This document shows, piece by piece, positions 29,860-41,365 of a stretch of DNA of 64,000 nt (its first letter is position 1; each line of letters opens with the position of its first letter). The stretch covers positions 213,308-277,307 of the forward strand of contig JADHMO010000001.1 in assembly GCA_016779995.1 (NCBI GenBank). Reading direction: 5' to 3'. Under the pieces are notes generated by a model. It was not told the DNA's origin, made no database searches, and was given only the letters and a program-made list of their open reading frames with translations. The DNA is from Flavobacteriales bacterium. GTDB taxonomy: Bacteria; Bacteroidota; Bacteroidia; Flavobacteriales; UBA7312. Made by a program: the position numbers and the translations under genes.

Positions 29860-31245
29860 TTGAAAAATACTTTAGCACTATCAATATTCTGTTGTGGATT
29901 ACTTTTTTCTTGCGGCGGCTCTAAAAAAACAGCACAATTTGACGAATCTTTATACGATGATGAAAGCTCTGAAAGTTTAGCAATCGATGAAATAGAAGAA
30001 GTCGATACGATTAGCCAAGACCTTATTTTAGAAAATACTTTACGTTATGAAAATGCCATTTATGAGCCTTCTATTCACAGTGTACAGCTTCATCCCCTAC
30101 GTTTTGAAATGGGAAATCCACTCATACACCTTTCTTTCAAAGACAGTCTTCTACTCTCTTTTGATGACCTTAGTAGCGACCCACAAAACTACGCCTACAC
30201 CCTAATTCATTGTAATGCCGACTGGACGCCTTCCGACCTCATGGAGAGTGAATATTTAGAGGGTTTTTATGAAGAACCCATCACAGATTATCAATTTTCA
30301 TTTAACACCATACAAAATTATGTCCATTACCAAACTGTTATCCCTAGTGCTAACTTAAAACCTAGCCTTTCTGGAAATTACCTGCTTATTGTTTTTCCAG
30401 AAAATCAAAGAGACCAACCTATCCTTAGTCAAAGAATGATGATAATGGACGAAAAAGTATCGGTTAAAGGCAGTGTCAAACGAGCCACAGATTTAGAACA
30501 ACGCAACTACCAACACGAAATAGACTTTAGCATACATCACAGCGGCTATGAGATAGAAAATCCATTCGGTGACATAATGCCTGTTATCACTCAAAATTCT
30601 AGATGGGACAATGCCATTAGCGGTTTACAAGCTGTCTTTGTAAAAGATGAAGAAATCGTTTACGATTACGAAGACGAAAACCTTTTTGACGGCGGTAACG
30701 AATACCGATTTTTTGATATACAAAGTTTGCGTTATCTTTCTGAACGATTAGCCGATATTAGCTTTGAATCCGACACCCACAAAGTAGTATTAAGAACTGA
30801 CGAAGCTAGACGTTTTCAACGTTACTCGGGCTTAGTACAAGACATCAATGGTAAGCGTTTGATACGAGTACAAGAAGGCTCAAGAAATGCCATAGAAGCC
30901 GATTATGCTTTAGTACGTTTTACACTTCCGTACGAGCATGAAATTAGTCATGGTGACCTTTATGTTTTCGGACAAATTAGCGACTATGGTTTTCCAGAAA
31001 GTCATCGCATGACTTACAATGCAGAAAAAAACCAATACGAAACCAATATATACCTCAAACAAGGTTATTATAATTACGAATACGTCCTTAAAAAATACGA
31101 AGGTGGCAATATCAACAAATTCATAGAAGGCACACATTACCAAACTGTAAACGATTACCACATATATATATATCATAGACCAACAGGAGAATCGTACGAC
31201 CAGTTGATAGGAATTCAAAAACTGACTTCAAAAGACTTGTTATGA
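29860..31245 (+). CDS. DUF5103 family lipoprotein (T9SS plug-like)
   Basis: Lipobox LFSC, LSFDDL, YTLIHCNADWTPSDL, SGNYLL, GGNEYRFFD, KQGYYNYEY. The link to the T9SS plug is from memory. Confidence 0.75.
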   Translation: MKNTLALSIFCCGLLFSCGGSKKTAQFDESLYDDESSESLAIDEIEEVDTISQDLILENTLRYENAIYEPSIHSVQLHPLRFEMGNPLIHLSFKDSLLLSFDDLSSDPQNYAYTLIHCNADWTPSDLMESEYLEGFYEEPITDYQFSFNTIQNYVHYQTVIPSANLKPSLSGNYLLIVFPENQRDQPILSQRMMIMDEKVSVKGSVKRATDLEQRNYQHEIDFSIHHSGYEIENPFGDIMPVITQNSRWDNAISGLQAVFVKDEEIVYDYEDENLFDGGNEYRFFDIQSLRYLSERLADISFESDTHKVVLRTDEARRFQRYSGLVQDINGKRLIRVQEGSRNAIEADYALVRFTLPYEHEISHGDLYVFGQISDYGFPESHRMTYNAEKNQYETNIYLKQGYYNYEYVLKKYEGGNINKFIEGTHYQTVNDYHIYIYHRPTGESYDQLIGIQKLTSKDLL

Positions 31246-31258
31246 TGGTATATTCCTA

Positions 31259-31266
31259 TAAATTTG
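31259..31266 (+). promoter_or_regulatory. -7 element for pruA
   Basis: TAAATTTG 29 nt upstream of the ATG. Confidence 0.6.
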
Positions 31267-31294
31267 CACCAATTACTAAATAAACTAAAAAAAT

Positions 31295-32920
31295 ATGTCA
31301 AAAGGCGTTTTTAATGTACCCGTAGCTACTAACGAACCCGTAAAATCATACGAGCCAGGTAGTCCTGAACGAGAAGAATTATTGAGCACATACCAAGCTA
31401 TGTATAATTCAACCATAGATGTACCACTATACATTGGTGGTAAAACAATTCACACATCAGAAAAAATCAATATGGTTCCTCCACATGATCATCAACATGT
31501 TTTAGGACAATACAGTATGGCTACTGCAGAACACGTCAATATGGCTATTGATGCGGCCTTAGAGGCTAGAGAGGAATGGGCATCTATGCCTTGGCACCAA
31601 AGGGTGGCTATCTTTTTAAAAGCTGCCGATTTATTGGCTGGACCGTTCCGAGCAAAAATTAATGCTGCTACTATGTTAGCACAATCCAAAAATGTCTTTC
31701 AAGCCGAGATAGATGCCGCTTGTGAACTCATAGACTTTTTCAAATTCAATGCGGAATACGTCACTCAATTGTATGGTGAGCAACCCGAATCTGCACCGGG
31801 CATGTGGAACAGATTAGAACACCGACCATTGGAGGGTTTTGTTTTGGCCATTACACCTTTTAACTTCACTTCTATCTGTGCTAACCTTTGTGCTGCACCT
31901 GCTATGATGGGTAATGTCATTGTATGGAAACCGGCTGGCACTCAAGTATATTCGGCTAAGGTCATAATGGATTTGTTTAAAGCCGCAGGACTTCCTGATG
32001 GCGTTATTAATTTAGTACCAGTAAGCGGTCCTGTTTTAGGCGATGTGGTATTCAATCACAAAGATTTTGCCGGCTTACATTTTACGGGTTCTACAGGCGT
32101 ATTCAGACACCTTTGGAAAACCATAGGTAACAACATAGAAAAATACAGAAGCTACCCCAGAATAGTTGGCGAAACAGGTGGTAAGGACTTTATCGTAGCT
32201 CACGAATCGGCAGTTCCTGCTGAAGTGGCTACAGGTATTTCAAGAGGTGCTTTTGAGTACCAAGGACAAAAATGTTCGGCAGCATCAAGAGCTTATATCC
32301 CTTCTAATATGTGGGAAGAAGTCAAAACTCAAATTGTGGCAGATGCCAACTCCTTTAAAATGGGAAGTCCTGAAGACCCTTCCAACTTCATCAATGCTGT
32401 CATAGACGAAAAGGCATTCGATAGAATTGCACAATACATTGACTACGTCAAGGAACAATCCGATGCTGAAATTATTGTTGGTGGTGGATACGATAAATCT
32501 AAAGGCTACTTCATAGAACCAACCATAGTGCTGACGAGCAATCCTAAATTCAGAACCTTGTGTGAAGAAATTTTTGGACCTGTCATTACCATTTACGTTT
32601 ACGAGCCTAAAGATTGGAAGGCCACTCTAGAATTGGTGGACAATACAAGTGAATACGCGCTTACAGGTGCTATTTTCTCTACTGACAGATATGCTATTGA
32701 AGAAGCCTCTAAAGCTTTGGAAAATGCAGCCGGTAACTTCTACATCAACGATAAGCCAACAGGGGCTGTTGTAGGACAACAACCTTTTGGTGGTGCTAGA
32801 GGTTCTGGAACTAACGATAAGGCAGGGTCTATACTCAACCTATTGCGTTGGGTATCGCCACGCACCATTAAGGAAACCTTTGTTCCTGCTCAAGACTACA
32901 GGTATCCATTTTTAGGATAA
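31295..32920 (+). CDS. pruA: L-glutamate gamma-semialdehyde (P5C) dehydrogenase
   Basis: NEPVKSYEPGSPER, FTGST, GETGGKDF, FEYQGQKCSAASR, EEIFGP, QQPFGGARGSGTNDK. Confidence 0.97.
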   Translation: MSKGVFNVPVATNEPVKSYEPGSPEREELLSTYQAMYNSTIDVPLYIGGKTIHTSEKINMVPPHDHQHVLGQYSMATAEHVNMAIDAALEAREEWASMPWHQRVAIFLKAADLLAGPFRAKINAATMLAQSKNVFQAEIDAACELIDFFKFNAEYVTQLYGEQPESAPGMWNRLEHRPLEGFVLAITPFNFTSICANLCAAPAMMGNVIVWKPAGTQVYSAKVIMDLFKAAGLPDGVINLVPVSGPVLGDVVFNHKDFAGLHFTGSTGVFRHLWKTIGNNIEKYRSYPRIVGETGGKDFIVAHESAVPAEVATGISRGAFEYQGQKCSAASRAYIPSNMWEEVKTQIVADANSFKMGSPEDPSNFINAVIDEKAFDRIAQYIDYVKEQSDAEIIVGGGYDKSKGYFIEPTIVLTSNPKFRTLCEEIFGPVITIYVYEPKDWKATLELVDNTSEYALTGAIFSTDRYAIEEASKALENAAGNFYINDKPTGAVVGQQPFGGARGSGTNDKAGSILNLLRWVSPRTIKETFVPAQDYRYPFLG

Positions 32921-32929
32921 TTAAATTTT

Positions 32930-32962
32930 AAGCGTTGGGTTATGAATCCAACGCTTTTTTTT
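32930..32962 (+). terminator. Intrinsic terminator of pruA
   Basis: AAGCGTTGG-gttatgaat-CCAACGCTT followed by a T-run. Confidence 0.88.
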
Positions 32963-32975
32963 ACTTTTGAGAACA

Positions 32976-33284
32976 ATGTTGAAAGAGTATTACGATAAAT
33001 TACCCCCTATCTTGAAGAACAAGTTTATACTTGTTACGCTAATCCTTATCGTATGGGTAGCCTTTTTTGACTCCAACAACTGGATAAAACAAGCCAAACT
33101 GAAATCCGAAATTGAGGATTTGAAAGAACAAAAAAATTACTACCAAGACGAAATAGAAAAAGATAGTATTGCTCTATTCGACCTGACCAACAATCAAGAA
33201 ACGCAAGAGAAATTTGCTAGAGAAAAGTACTTGATGAAAAAGGAAAACGAAGACGTCATAGTTATCATAGATTCGGATGAATAA
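32976..33284 (+). CDS. ftsB: FtsB/septum formation initiator family protein
   Basis: TM helix WVAFFDSNN, coiled coil, [16 protein letters not shown]. Start set at ATG 32976. Confidence 0.85.
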   Translation: MLKEYYDKLPPILKNKFILVTLILIVWVAFFDSNNWIKQAKLKSEIEDLKEQKNYYQDEIEKDSIALFDLTNNQETQEKFAREKYLMKKENEDVIVIIDSDE

Positions 33285-36273
33285 ATTATTTTCAGAATTT
33301 GCTGCTGTTAGCAGTCAGCAATGGAAAGACAAATTATGTGCCGACCTAAAAGGTAAAACCTTTGAGAGTCTTATTAGCTCAGAGGGTACGCTTCCTTTTT
33401 ACCATTCCGACACCCACAAGCACTTTAAACCCCTACCAATTACTGAAAGTTGGGAATCGGTACAATGGATAGATGGCTCAGATCCTAAAAAAGGCAATCA
33501 ACAAGCTTTGGAAGCCTTGCAAAATGGCATGACGGCTTTGTGCTTTTCCAATCCACAAGAATTAAAAACACTACTTCAAGATGTACTCATACAACATATC
33601 CGAGTAGATTTTGAAAATTATTCCAAAGAAAGCATACAAGAGTTTGAGGATTTAGTCCAAGAAAGAGGGCTTAACCCTGAAGACATATTAGGTGCTTTTC
33701 ACGGACAAGAAAACAAAGGAAATCTTCCGAATTACGTTTACCATACGGTTTTTGTCGATGACATTTACCAAGCCATTGAAGAAGGTCAACTAAGCTCACA
33801 ATATGTGTTTACCATAGGTAGCGATTACTTCAAAGAAATAGCAAAAATGAGGGCTTTCTTCATAGCCTTTGAAACAATAAATAAGACCATACCCTTTATC
33901 TTGGCACAAACTACTTTAGCCAATAAAACGACTGAACAGCCTTACAACAATTTATTGCGAACGACTACCGAAAGTATGTCGGCTATTTTTGGGGGTTGTG
34001 ATGCTCTTATGATACGCCCATACAACCAATCTTTTGAGGAAGTCACCGACTTTTCGAACCGTTTGGCACGTAACCAACATCATATCCTGAGGGAAGAAAG
34101 TTTTTTAGAAAAAGTACAAGACCCTAGTGCAGGAAGCTACTACCTAGAAGCCCTAACCCAAGGCTTTTTACAATCCGAAAGACAAGAAGGCAAGGTTGAA
34201 AATATAGAACAACCTTTGTGGCATACGGCAGAGCAAATAGCCGTCAAAAGCAAGTACACTAAAGAAGATATTCAAGACCTTGAGCACATTCATTTTGGGG
34301 CTGGTATAGCTCCCAATTTGAGAGGGCCTTATTCGTCTATGTACGTCAGTCGCCCGTGGACTATTCGTCAGTATGCTGGTTTTTCTACGGCACAAGAATC
34401 CAATGCCTTTTACAGAAGAAACCTAGCCGCTGGGCAAAAAGGCTTATCGGTAGCTTTTGATTTAGCTACCCATAGGGGTTATGATTCCGACCACCCTAGA
34501 GTAGAAGGCGATGTTGGCAAAGCTGGTGTAGCCATAGACTCCATCACCGATATGAACGTCTTATTTGATGGTATTCCTTTAGATAAAATGTCCGTTTCTA
34601 TGACTATGAATGGTGCGGTATTGCCCATTATGGCCTTTTATATTGTAGCCGCCCAACAGCAAGGTGTAGACCAAAAAGACTTAGCGGGAACTATACAAAA
34701 CGATATCCTTAAAGAATTTATGGTGCGTAACACTTACATCTATCCGCCCCAACATTCTATGCGTATCATTTCGGATATTTTCAAATACACTTCTGAGCAC
34801 ATGCCCAAATTCAACAGCATCAGTATTTCGGGCTATCACATGCAAGAGGCTGGTGCTACGGCAGATATAGAATTAGCCTACACCTTAGCCGATGGTTTAG
34901 AATACATACGCAAGGGTATAGAGGCTGGTATGGACATTGACACCTTCGCTCCTCGCCTGTCTTTCTTTTGGGGCATTGGCATGAATCACTTTATGGAAAT
35001 TGCCAAAATGCGAGCCGCTCGTATGCTATGGGCAAAAATTGTAAAGCAATTCAATCCTAAAAACCCTAAATCTTTGGCTCTAAGAACCCATTGCCAAACG
35101 AGTGGTTGGAGTTTGACCGAGCAAGACCCCTTTAACAATATCAGCCGTACCTGTATTGAGGCCATGTCAGCCGTTATGGGTGGCACACAATCTTTGCATA
35201 CCAACGCTTTGGACGAAGCCATCGCTTTGCCTACCGATTTTTCAGCTAAAATTGCTAGAGATACACAGATTTACCTACAAAACGATATTGGCTTATGCCA
35301 AACAGTAGATCCTTGGGGCGGTTCATACTACGTAGAAAAGCTAACTCACGACATCGCCCAAAGAGCATGGGAACACATACAAGAAATTGAGGAATTGGGT
35401 GGTATGGCAAAAGCCATAGAAACGGGCTTACCTAAAATGCGTATTGAAGAAGCCGCCGCTAGAAAACAAGCCCGAATAGACAGTGCAAAAGATACCATTG
35501 TTGGGGTTAATGCTTATAAGAACAAATCCGAAGAACAAGACTTGGATATTTTGGAAGTGGACAATACAGCAGTCCGTTTATCTCAGATAAAAAAACTCCA
35601 AGAACTCAAAGACCAACGCGATGAAGTCGCTGTACAACAAGCCCTAGATGCCATTAGCCAAGCCTGTGAAAATGGGGAGGGCAACCTATTGGCTTTGGCT
35701 GTAGAAGCCGCCCAAAAAGGTGCTACTTTGGGCGAAATTTCGTATGCTTGTGAAACGGTTTTTGGTCGCTATCAGGCACAAAACAATTCGATATCAGGTG
35801 TTTATAAGATGGAAATAGAAGACAACCCCCATTTCAAAGCAGCTTTAGAGCTGAGTGCTACTTTTGAAAAGCAAAAAGGAAGACGTCCCCGTTTGATGGT
35901 CGCTAAGATGGGACAAGATGGCCACGATAGAGGTGCTAAAGTGGTAGCCACCTCCTTTGCAGATTTGGGCTTTGATGTAGATATGGGTCCTTTGTTCCAA
36001 ACGCCTAAAGAAGCCGCCAAACAGGCCATAGAAAATGACGTGCATATTTTGGGCGTATCTTCTCTAGCAGCAGGACACAAAACCTTAGTCCCACAAGTCA
36101 TTAGTGAACTTGAGGCTATGGGGCGTGGCGATATATTAGTTATTGCTGGTGGCGTGATTCCACAACAAGACTACGATTTCTTGTACCAAGCTGGAGTAAG
36201 TGGTATTTTTGGACCTGGAACAGTCATTGCCCAAGCGGCTATTGACATATTAAAGCAATTGCTCGATGAATAA
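33277..36273 (+). CDS. scpA: Methylmalonyl-CoA mutase: fused small(beta)-like and large catalytic subunit
   Basis: About 300-aa beta-like N-terminus ([32 protein letters not shown]), then the catalytic subunit ([31 protein letters not shown]12 motif). Confidence 0.92.
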   Translation: MNKLFSEFAAVSSQQWKDKLCADLKGKTFESLISSEGTLPFYHSDTHKHFKPLPITESWESVQWIDGSDPKKGNQQALEALQNGMTALCFSNPQELKTLLQDVLIQHIRVDFENYSKESIQEFEDLVQERGLNPEDILGAFHGQENKGNLPNYVYHTVFVDDIYQAIEEGQLSSQYVFTIGSDYFKEIAKMRAFFIAFETINKTIPFILAQTTLANKTTEQPYNNLLRTTTESMSAIFGGCDALMIRPYNQSFEEVTDFSNRLARNQHHILREESFLEKVQDPSAGSYYLEALTQGFLQSERQEGKVENIEQPLWHTAEQIAVKSKYTKEDIQDLEHIHFGAGIAPNLRGPYSSMYVSRPWTIRQYAGFSTAQESNAFYRRNLAAGQKGLSVAFDLATHRGYDSDHPRVEGDVGKAGVAIDSITDMNVLFDGIPLDKMSVSMTMNGAVLPIMAFYIVAAQQQGVDQKDLAGTIQNDILKEFMVRNTYIYPPQHSMRIISDIFKYTSEHMPKFNSISISGYHMQEAGATADIELAYTLADGLEYIRKGIEAGMDIDTFAPRLSFFWGIGMNHFMEIAKMRAARMLWAKIVKQFNPKNPKSLALRTHCQTSGWSLTEQDPFNNISRTCIEAMSAVMGGTQSLHTNALDEAIALPTDFSAKIARDTQIYLQNDIGLCQTVDPWGGSYYVEKLTHDIAQRAWEHIQEIEELGGMAKAIETGLPKMRIEEAAARKQARIDSAKDTIVGVNAYKNKSEEQDLDILEVDNTAVRLSQIKKLQELKDQRDEVAVQQALDAISQACENGEGNLLALAVEAAQKGATLGEISYACETVFGRYQAQNNSISGVYKMEIEDNPHFKAALELSATFEKQKGRRPRLMVAKMGQDGHDRGAKVVATSFADLGFDVDMGPLFQTPKEAAKQAIENDVHILGVSSLAAGHKTLVPQVISELEAMGRGDILVIAGGVIPQQDYDFLYQAGVSGIFGPGTVIAQAAIDILKQLLDE

Positions 36274-37213
36274 GCTCAGTCAAGAGGTTATAGCAGGGAA
36301 TCGTTCGGCATTGGCTAGAGCCATTACCCTAGTGGAAAGTACACTTGCCGAGCATCAACAAGAAGCCCAAATCATCCTACAAGACATATTACCCCATAGC
36401 GGACAATCTTTGCGTATAGGCATAACGGGAGTTCCTGGAGTAGGCAAAAGCACTTTTATAGAAGCCCTAGGTAAGCACCTTACAGCCCAAGGCATTAAGG
36501 TAGCCGTTTTAGCTATTGACCCCTCTAGCGAAAAATCAGGAGGTAGCATATTGGGTGACAAAACCCGTATGCACGAATTGTCGGTTGATGATTTGGCATT
36601 TATTCGCCCCTCACCAACGGCAGGTTCTTTGGGTGGCGTAGCTAAAAAAACACGAGAAAGCATACTCCTTTGCGAGGCTGCTGGTTATGAAGTCATACTC
36701 ATAGAAACGGTAGGCGTAGGACAATCCGAAACAGCCGTTCATTCTATGGTGGACGTCTTTGTATTGCTCATGTTGGCTGGGGCTGGTGACGAGCTACAAG
36801 GCATCAAACGAGGCATTATGGAAATGGCAGATATCTTACTCATCAACAAAGCCGATGGGGATAACCTCATTCCAGCTAAAAAAGCCCAAGCCCAATACAA
36901 AACAGCCTTACACCTTTTCCCTCCTAACCCCAACGGTTGGACTCCACAGGTGGGGATTTGTTCGGCATTGGAAAAACAACACATTGACCAAGCTTGGGAA
37001 ACTATCGAGGCTTATCGCAAATGGACCCAAGAACGAGGGACTTTACAAAGCCAACGCCAAGAGCAAAACCGCTATTGGTTTCATCAGATGATAAAAGCCC
37101 GTTTGCACGATGACTTTTATAGCCAACACCAAAGCCAAATAGCCCAATTGGAACAGCAAGTTATTGAAGCTAAACTCAGCCCATCACAAGCCTTACAACA
37201 ACTCTTTCAGTGA
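36266..37213 (+). CDS. meaB: Methylmalonyl-CoA mutase-associated GTPase MeaB
   Basis: [51 protein letters not shown]. Confidence 0.96.
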   Translation: MNKLSQEVIAGNRSALARAITLVESTLAEHQQEAQIILQDILPHSGQSLRIGITGVPGVGKSTFIEALGKHLTAQGIKVAVLAIDPSSEKSGGSILGDKTRMHELSVDDLAFIRPSPTAGSLGGVAKKTRESILLCEAAGYEVILIETVGVGQSETAVHSMVDVFVLLMLAGAGDELQGIKRGIMEMADILLINKADGDNLIPAKKAQAQYKTALHLFPPNPNGWTPQVGICSALEKQHIDQAWETIEAYRKWTQERGTLQSQRQEQNRYWFHQMIKARLHDDFYSQHQSQIAQLEQQVIEAKLSPSQALQQLFQ

Positions 37214-38055
37214 AAAAAGGCGTCTTTTATATGCTAGGTTCTACCCTAGCTTTTGCCCTCATGCAAATCTGTGTGAAGTACTTGCCTCATATTCCAGCCC
37301 ACGAACTCATTTTATTCCGTTCCATCATCTCTATCGTATTGAGTGTGGCTATGCTCCAAAAATTAGGCATACCCCTATTGGGCAACAATAAAAAGGTCTT
37401 ATTGATGCGAGGTATTTTTGGCACTACTGCCCTATTGTTATTTTTCTATACTTTACAAAACATACCCCTAGCCAGTGCAGTGACTTTGCAATACCTCTCG
37501 CCCATCTTTACTGCCCTCTTTGCGGCTATCTTTCTCAAGGAAAAAATGCAAATCAAACAATGGCTTTACTTTGGCATTTCCTTTGCTGGAGTAGCCTTGA
37601 TAAAAGGGTTTGACGAGCGTATTTCCCTAACTTTTATGCTCATAGGTATATGCTCGGCTATGTTTTCAGGTATGGCATACACTTGCATACGCCAACTCAA
37701 AGACACGGAACACCCTGTGGTGGTAGTCTTGTACTTCCCTTTGGTGGCCATTCCCATTATGTCGGTACTGTCCTATTTGAATTGGGTGACACCTCAAGGC
37801 ACAGACTGGCTGTACCTTTTACTGATGGGACTGTTTACTCAAATTGCCCAAATACTGATGACTAAGGGCATACAAAGTGGTGTAGCCAACAAGATGATAA
37901 GTCTTAAGTACGTGGGTACCATTTACGCCTTAGCCATTGGCTACCTCCTCTTTGGGGAAAGTTATGGCATCATGAGTCTATTGGGTATTGCTATGGTTAT
38001 TTCGGGTGTGGTGCTGAATTTGTGGAAGAAAAGGGCGATTAAAAAAAGCACCTAA
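37210..38055 (+). CDS. DMT/EamA family transporter
   Basis: Ten hydrophobic segments with duplicated EamA pattern, FLKEK. Confidence 0.9.
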   Translation: MKKGVFYMLGSTLAFALMQICVKYLPHIPAHELILFRSIISIVLSVAMLQKLGIPLLGNNKKVLLMRGIFGTTALLLFFYTLQNIPLASAVTLQYLSPIFTALFAAIFLKEKMQIKQWLYFGISFAGVALIKGFDERISLTFMLIGICSAMFSGMAYTCIRQLKDTEHPVVVVLYFPLVAIPIMSVLSYLNWVTPQGTDWLYLLLMGLFTQIAQILMTKGIQSGVANKMISLKYVGTIYALAIGYLLFGESYGIMSLLGIAMVISGVVLNLWKKRAIKKST

Positions 38056-38101
38056 GCGGCTAGAATGTAGATGCTTACAAGAAAATACCTATCTTTAGTG
38101 C

Positions 38102-38770
38102 ATGCAATTATCTACTGACATTTTTTCATTTTTTAGCAAATTAGAAGAAAACAATAACCGCGAGTGGTTTGAGCCAAACAAAGCCGAATTTAAAGCTTTG
38201 GAGAAATCTGTCAAGCAGTTTGGCGAGACTCTAAAAGACCAACTCAATACCCACGATAGCGTAGACGGTTTTAAGCTTTTTCGCATCTACCGCGATGTGC
38301 GCTTTTCCAAAAATAAAACACCCTACAAAACCCATTTTGGACTTAACTGGCACCGAAGCAAACCCGAGTTAAGAGGAGGCTACTACCTACACCTCAGCCC
38401 CAATGATATTTTCTTAGCCTGTGGCTTTTGGGATCCTAGCCCAGCAGATCTCCAACGCATCCGCCAAGAATTAGCCGTAGATGGCGATGAGTACCGCCAA
38501 CTGATAAACAAAGCCAACTTTAAAACCATTTGGGGTGAGCTTCACGGCGATGCCGTAAAAACCGCTCCCAAAGGCTTTGCTAAAGACCACCCACACATAG
38601 ACCTATTGCGTTTTAAGCAACACCTCTTTAGTGTACGCTACAGCCAAAGTCAAGCTACTGCACCCGACTTTTTGCAGCGTCTAAACACCGACCTAAAGGC
38701 TGTACGCCCATTTTTAGATTATATGAGTAGTGTGCTAACCAGCAATAGCAATGGGGAGTCTTTGCTCTAA
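38102..38770 (+). CDS. DUF2461 (TIGR02453) family protein
   Basis: NNNREWF, FRIYRDVRFSKNKTPYK, KTAPKGF, HIDLLR. Confidence 0.93.
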   Translation: MQLSTDIFSFFSKLEENNNREWFEPNKAEFKALEKSVKQFGETLKDQLNTHDSVDGFKLFRIYRDVRFSKNKTPYKTHFGLNWHRSKPELRGGYYLHLSPNDIFLACGFWDPSPADLQRIRQELAVDGDEYRQLINKANFKTIWGELHGDAVKTAPKGFAKDHPHIDLLRFKQHLFSVRYSQSQATAPDFLQRLNTDLKAVRPFLDYMSSVLTSNSNGESLL

Positions 38771-38836
38771 GGAATAAGTGTTTTTGTGGTACAAGAAGAT
38801 GCTCGCGCTAGCGGGGGGTATTAAGATTTAAGCTTG

Positions 38837-41365
38837 TTAGTTACTACCAATTGGAATAATTTCAAAATGAAAGTTTACTGGTGTCGAATAGCTTATTTTT
38901 TCAAAATTCCTGTGAAATTTTTTAAACTCATGAAGATATTTTAAATCAAATCTCATTAAACTTATCAAAAATGGTTTGAATAAATGTTTACCGCTAAAAA
39001 GAATATCGACAACTTCGAAAATATAATATTTATCTGATCTATAGTCTTTTTTAATCAAACTTAATAAAAACTGATCGTAATCTTTCTTAACGAATTCTAA
39101 CATTATTTCAATAGCTTCTGTCCAATAAATTTTGTGCCTATCATTAACATCAAAACAACAATAAAACAACCTATATACTTCATCATCTATTGATTCAATT
39201 TGCTCTGTATATTTTGTTAAATAATTAAGCATAATTCTTTTTCTATCACATGAATTTAAAACAACATTTGAATTAAATTCGTTCAAACGTCGTAATACAC
39301 CAGACTCAAAATAATATGGAGGATTTGCATTTTGAAATTGTTTAATTAAAAACTCATAAAACGGTTCTTTTTCCTTCGAATAATATTTGTTTACAATACA
39401 GTTTTCATAATTATTTAACTTATTTATCAAGTTAGTATCATCATATCTTACATTTACTCTATATTTTAATAGATTAGATTTTTGGTTTACTAAATAAAAA
39501 ATACTTGAAATTACTTTTTCATAATCATCTCTATTGTCATATTGCCTTATTATTTCTAGTTCTCTTGCAATTTCTAACTCTAATCCATCAGATATCCACT
39601 TATCAATTGAGTTTTTAAAATCATTAAAACTGCTTCTCCTAGCTTTAGAAAATTGTATTCGAGGAATTTTTGAAATTGGAATCATATATGAAAAATAAAT
39701 ATCAAACATACTTGGATAAACTATAGAAAGTTTATCACTTGAAAAACTTCTACAAAATAAATTTTCATCTAAGTGTGAACTGATTTTTTCTATTTCATTT
39801 GAAGAAAGAAAATATTTTAAACTATTCTCTTCCAAGTAACGATATAAAGTTATTTTTAGCGGTAGGCTATCAACATTATTTTCTTTTTTTAATTTATATG
39901 TAAAATCATTTCCACTTGATTGTGTTTCAAAAAATTCAAGTGGCTTATCTTTAATTAAATCATATACATCTGGGTAGAAAACTCTCAAAACTTCAATGCT
40001 GAAGAAGTCATATAAATCGACATTCCCAATTAATTTTCCAAAATTTAAACAAAAAGAATTTGACAGTCTTGTTACATCTCTTTTAGATTTTAGCCAGTCA
40101 TTTAAAATTTTTCTAATCTTATTATCATATTTATAACCTTTAAAATAAAAAAACTGTTCCTTCTCAATAATATCTGGAAATACTTCTTTAACATTAATAT
40201 AAAACTGTTGCTCAAGTACATTCTTTGGGATTAAAGGCAAACTGATTTCTAGTTGAAAAATCTTTTCTAAGTACTTTCTTTCATTGAAGCAATTGTGTGA
40301 CTTAATAGCACTTACCACATAGTTTCTGTCATATGCAACTAAAAAAAAGGTATTTCGGAAGTTTGCTGTATTACGAATCAATTTCAAAACCTCAATAATT
40401 TCACTAGTTGAAAGTCTATCAACATCATCAATAAAAATAATTAACTTTTTATCTATAGCTGAAAGAGTTGTATTTATTTCGCTATATAAAGTGTCAGTTG
40501 ATAAAGGTTTAAAAAAATATATCAAAAATTCATGTATTAATTTGATAGCAAGGTTAGAATTCAAATTTTGTACTTCTTTTGAATATCTTCTTATCAGTCT
40601 ACTTAAAGATAAGCTGTAAACTCTCAAATTTTCATCTAATATTTTAAAGAAATTCTGAACAATCGAATTAGAGTTTTTACTAGCCCAAACATTAAATTCA
40701 ATTGTTATAACATCGTCATTTTTCAATTTCTTTTGAAGTAAATCAATAAAAGATGTTTTCCCCATTCCCCAACTAGCATTAAGACCTATTGCAAAAGAAT
40801 TATCAAAATTGCTTTCCAATATTTTTTTTGATAATTGTGAAACATAATTAGAATATCCAAATTCATCCTCCCCATTTTCTCCTAATGATTCCTCATTAAA
40901 AAAGGCATCTTTAGAATTTAAAGGATTAATTACAGCTAATTTGCTTGTGTGAAGCACTAACCTAAATAATGTCAATAGAAGTATTACATCTAAATAATAA
41001 AAATTATCATTTAAAAAAAACTCTTCAAACCTCCATACTGAATCAACTTTAAATCTGTAAAAACTTAAATATATTAAGCTAATTAAAATTAATATTTTAC
41101 TAAAGTTTTTTGAAGGTTTGAATCTTTTGAAATCATAAATCATTGTAATAATTCCAATTAAAACTAGAATAATAAAAATCAAATCGACAGGATATGATTT
41201 TTCGATAAATGAAAATAAATACTCAACTAATGAGTTTGAAATAATATTTTCGATCAATCTTTTAAATAAAATAAATAATGAAATTGAAATAAAAAAGAAT
41301 AAGAAGTCACTTGATATTATAAACCTATATATTTTATTTATCCAATTTTTAGAATAAATTTTCAT
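38837..41365 (-). CDS. KAP family P-loop NTPase with four N-terminal TM helices
   Basis: AIGLNASWGMGKTS (Walker A), LIIFIDDVDRL (Walker B), FLVAYD, YLEKIFQ, RDVTRLSN. Confidence 0.88.
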   Translation of the reverse strand: MKIYSKNWINKIYRFIISSDFLFFFISISLFILFKRLIENIISNSLVEYLFSFIEKSYPVDLIFIILVLIGIITMIYDFKRFKPSKNFSKILILISLIYLSFYRFKVDSVWRFEEFFLNDNFYYLDVILLLTLFRLVLHTSKLAVINPLNSKDAFFNEESLGENGEDEFGYSNYVSQLSKKILESNFDNSFAIGLNASWGMGKTSFIDLLQKKLKNDDVITIEFNVWASKNSNSIVQNFFKILDENLRVYSLSLSRLIRRYSKEVQNLNSNLAIKLIHEFLIYFFKPLSTDTLYSEINTTLSAIDKKLIIFIDDVDRLSTSEIIEVLKLIRNTANFRNTFFLVAYDRNYVVSAIKSHNCFNERKYLEKIFQLEISLPLIPKNVLEQQFYINVKEVFPDIIEKEQFFYFKGYKYDNKIRKILNDWLKSKRDVTRLSNSFCLNFGKLIGNVDLYDFFSIEVLRVFYPDVYDLIKDKPLEFFETQSSGNDFTYKLKKENNVDSLPLKITLYRYLEENSLKYFLSSNEIEKISSHLDENLFCRSFSSDKLSIVYPSMFDIYFSYMIPISKIPRIQFSKARRSSFNDFKNSIDKWISDGLELEIARELEIIRQYDNRDDYEKVISSIFYLVNQKSNLLKYRVNVRYDDTNLINKLNNYENCIVNKYYSKEKEPFYEFLIKQFQNANPPYYFESGVLRRLNEFNSNVVLNSCDRKRIMLNYLTKYTEQIESIDDEVYRLFYCCFDVNDRHKIYWTEAIEIMLEFVKKDYDQFLLSLIKKDYRSDKYYIFEVVDILFSGKHLFKPFLISLMRFDLKYLHEFKKFHRNFEKISYSTPVNFHFEIIPIGSN

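Noticed and set aside
32976-33284. ftsB overlapping the methylmalonyl-CoA mutase gene as a novel linkage
   Set aside because: To my recollection this adjacency is common in Flavobacteria, so it is not treated as new.
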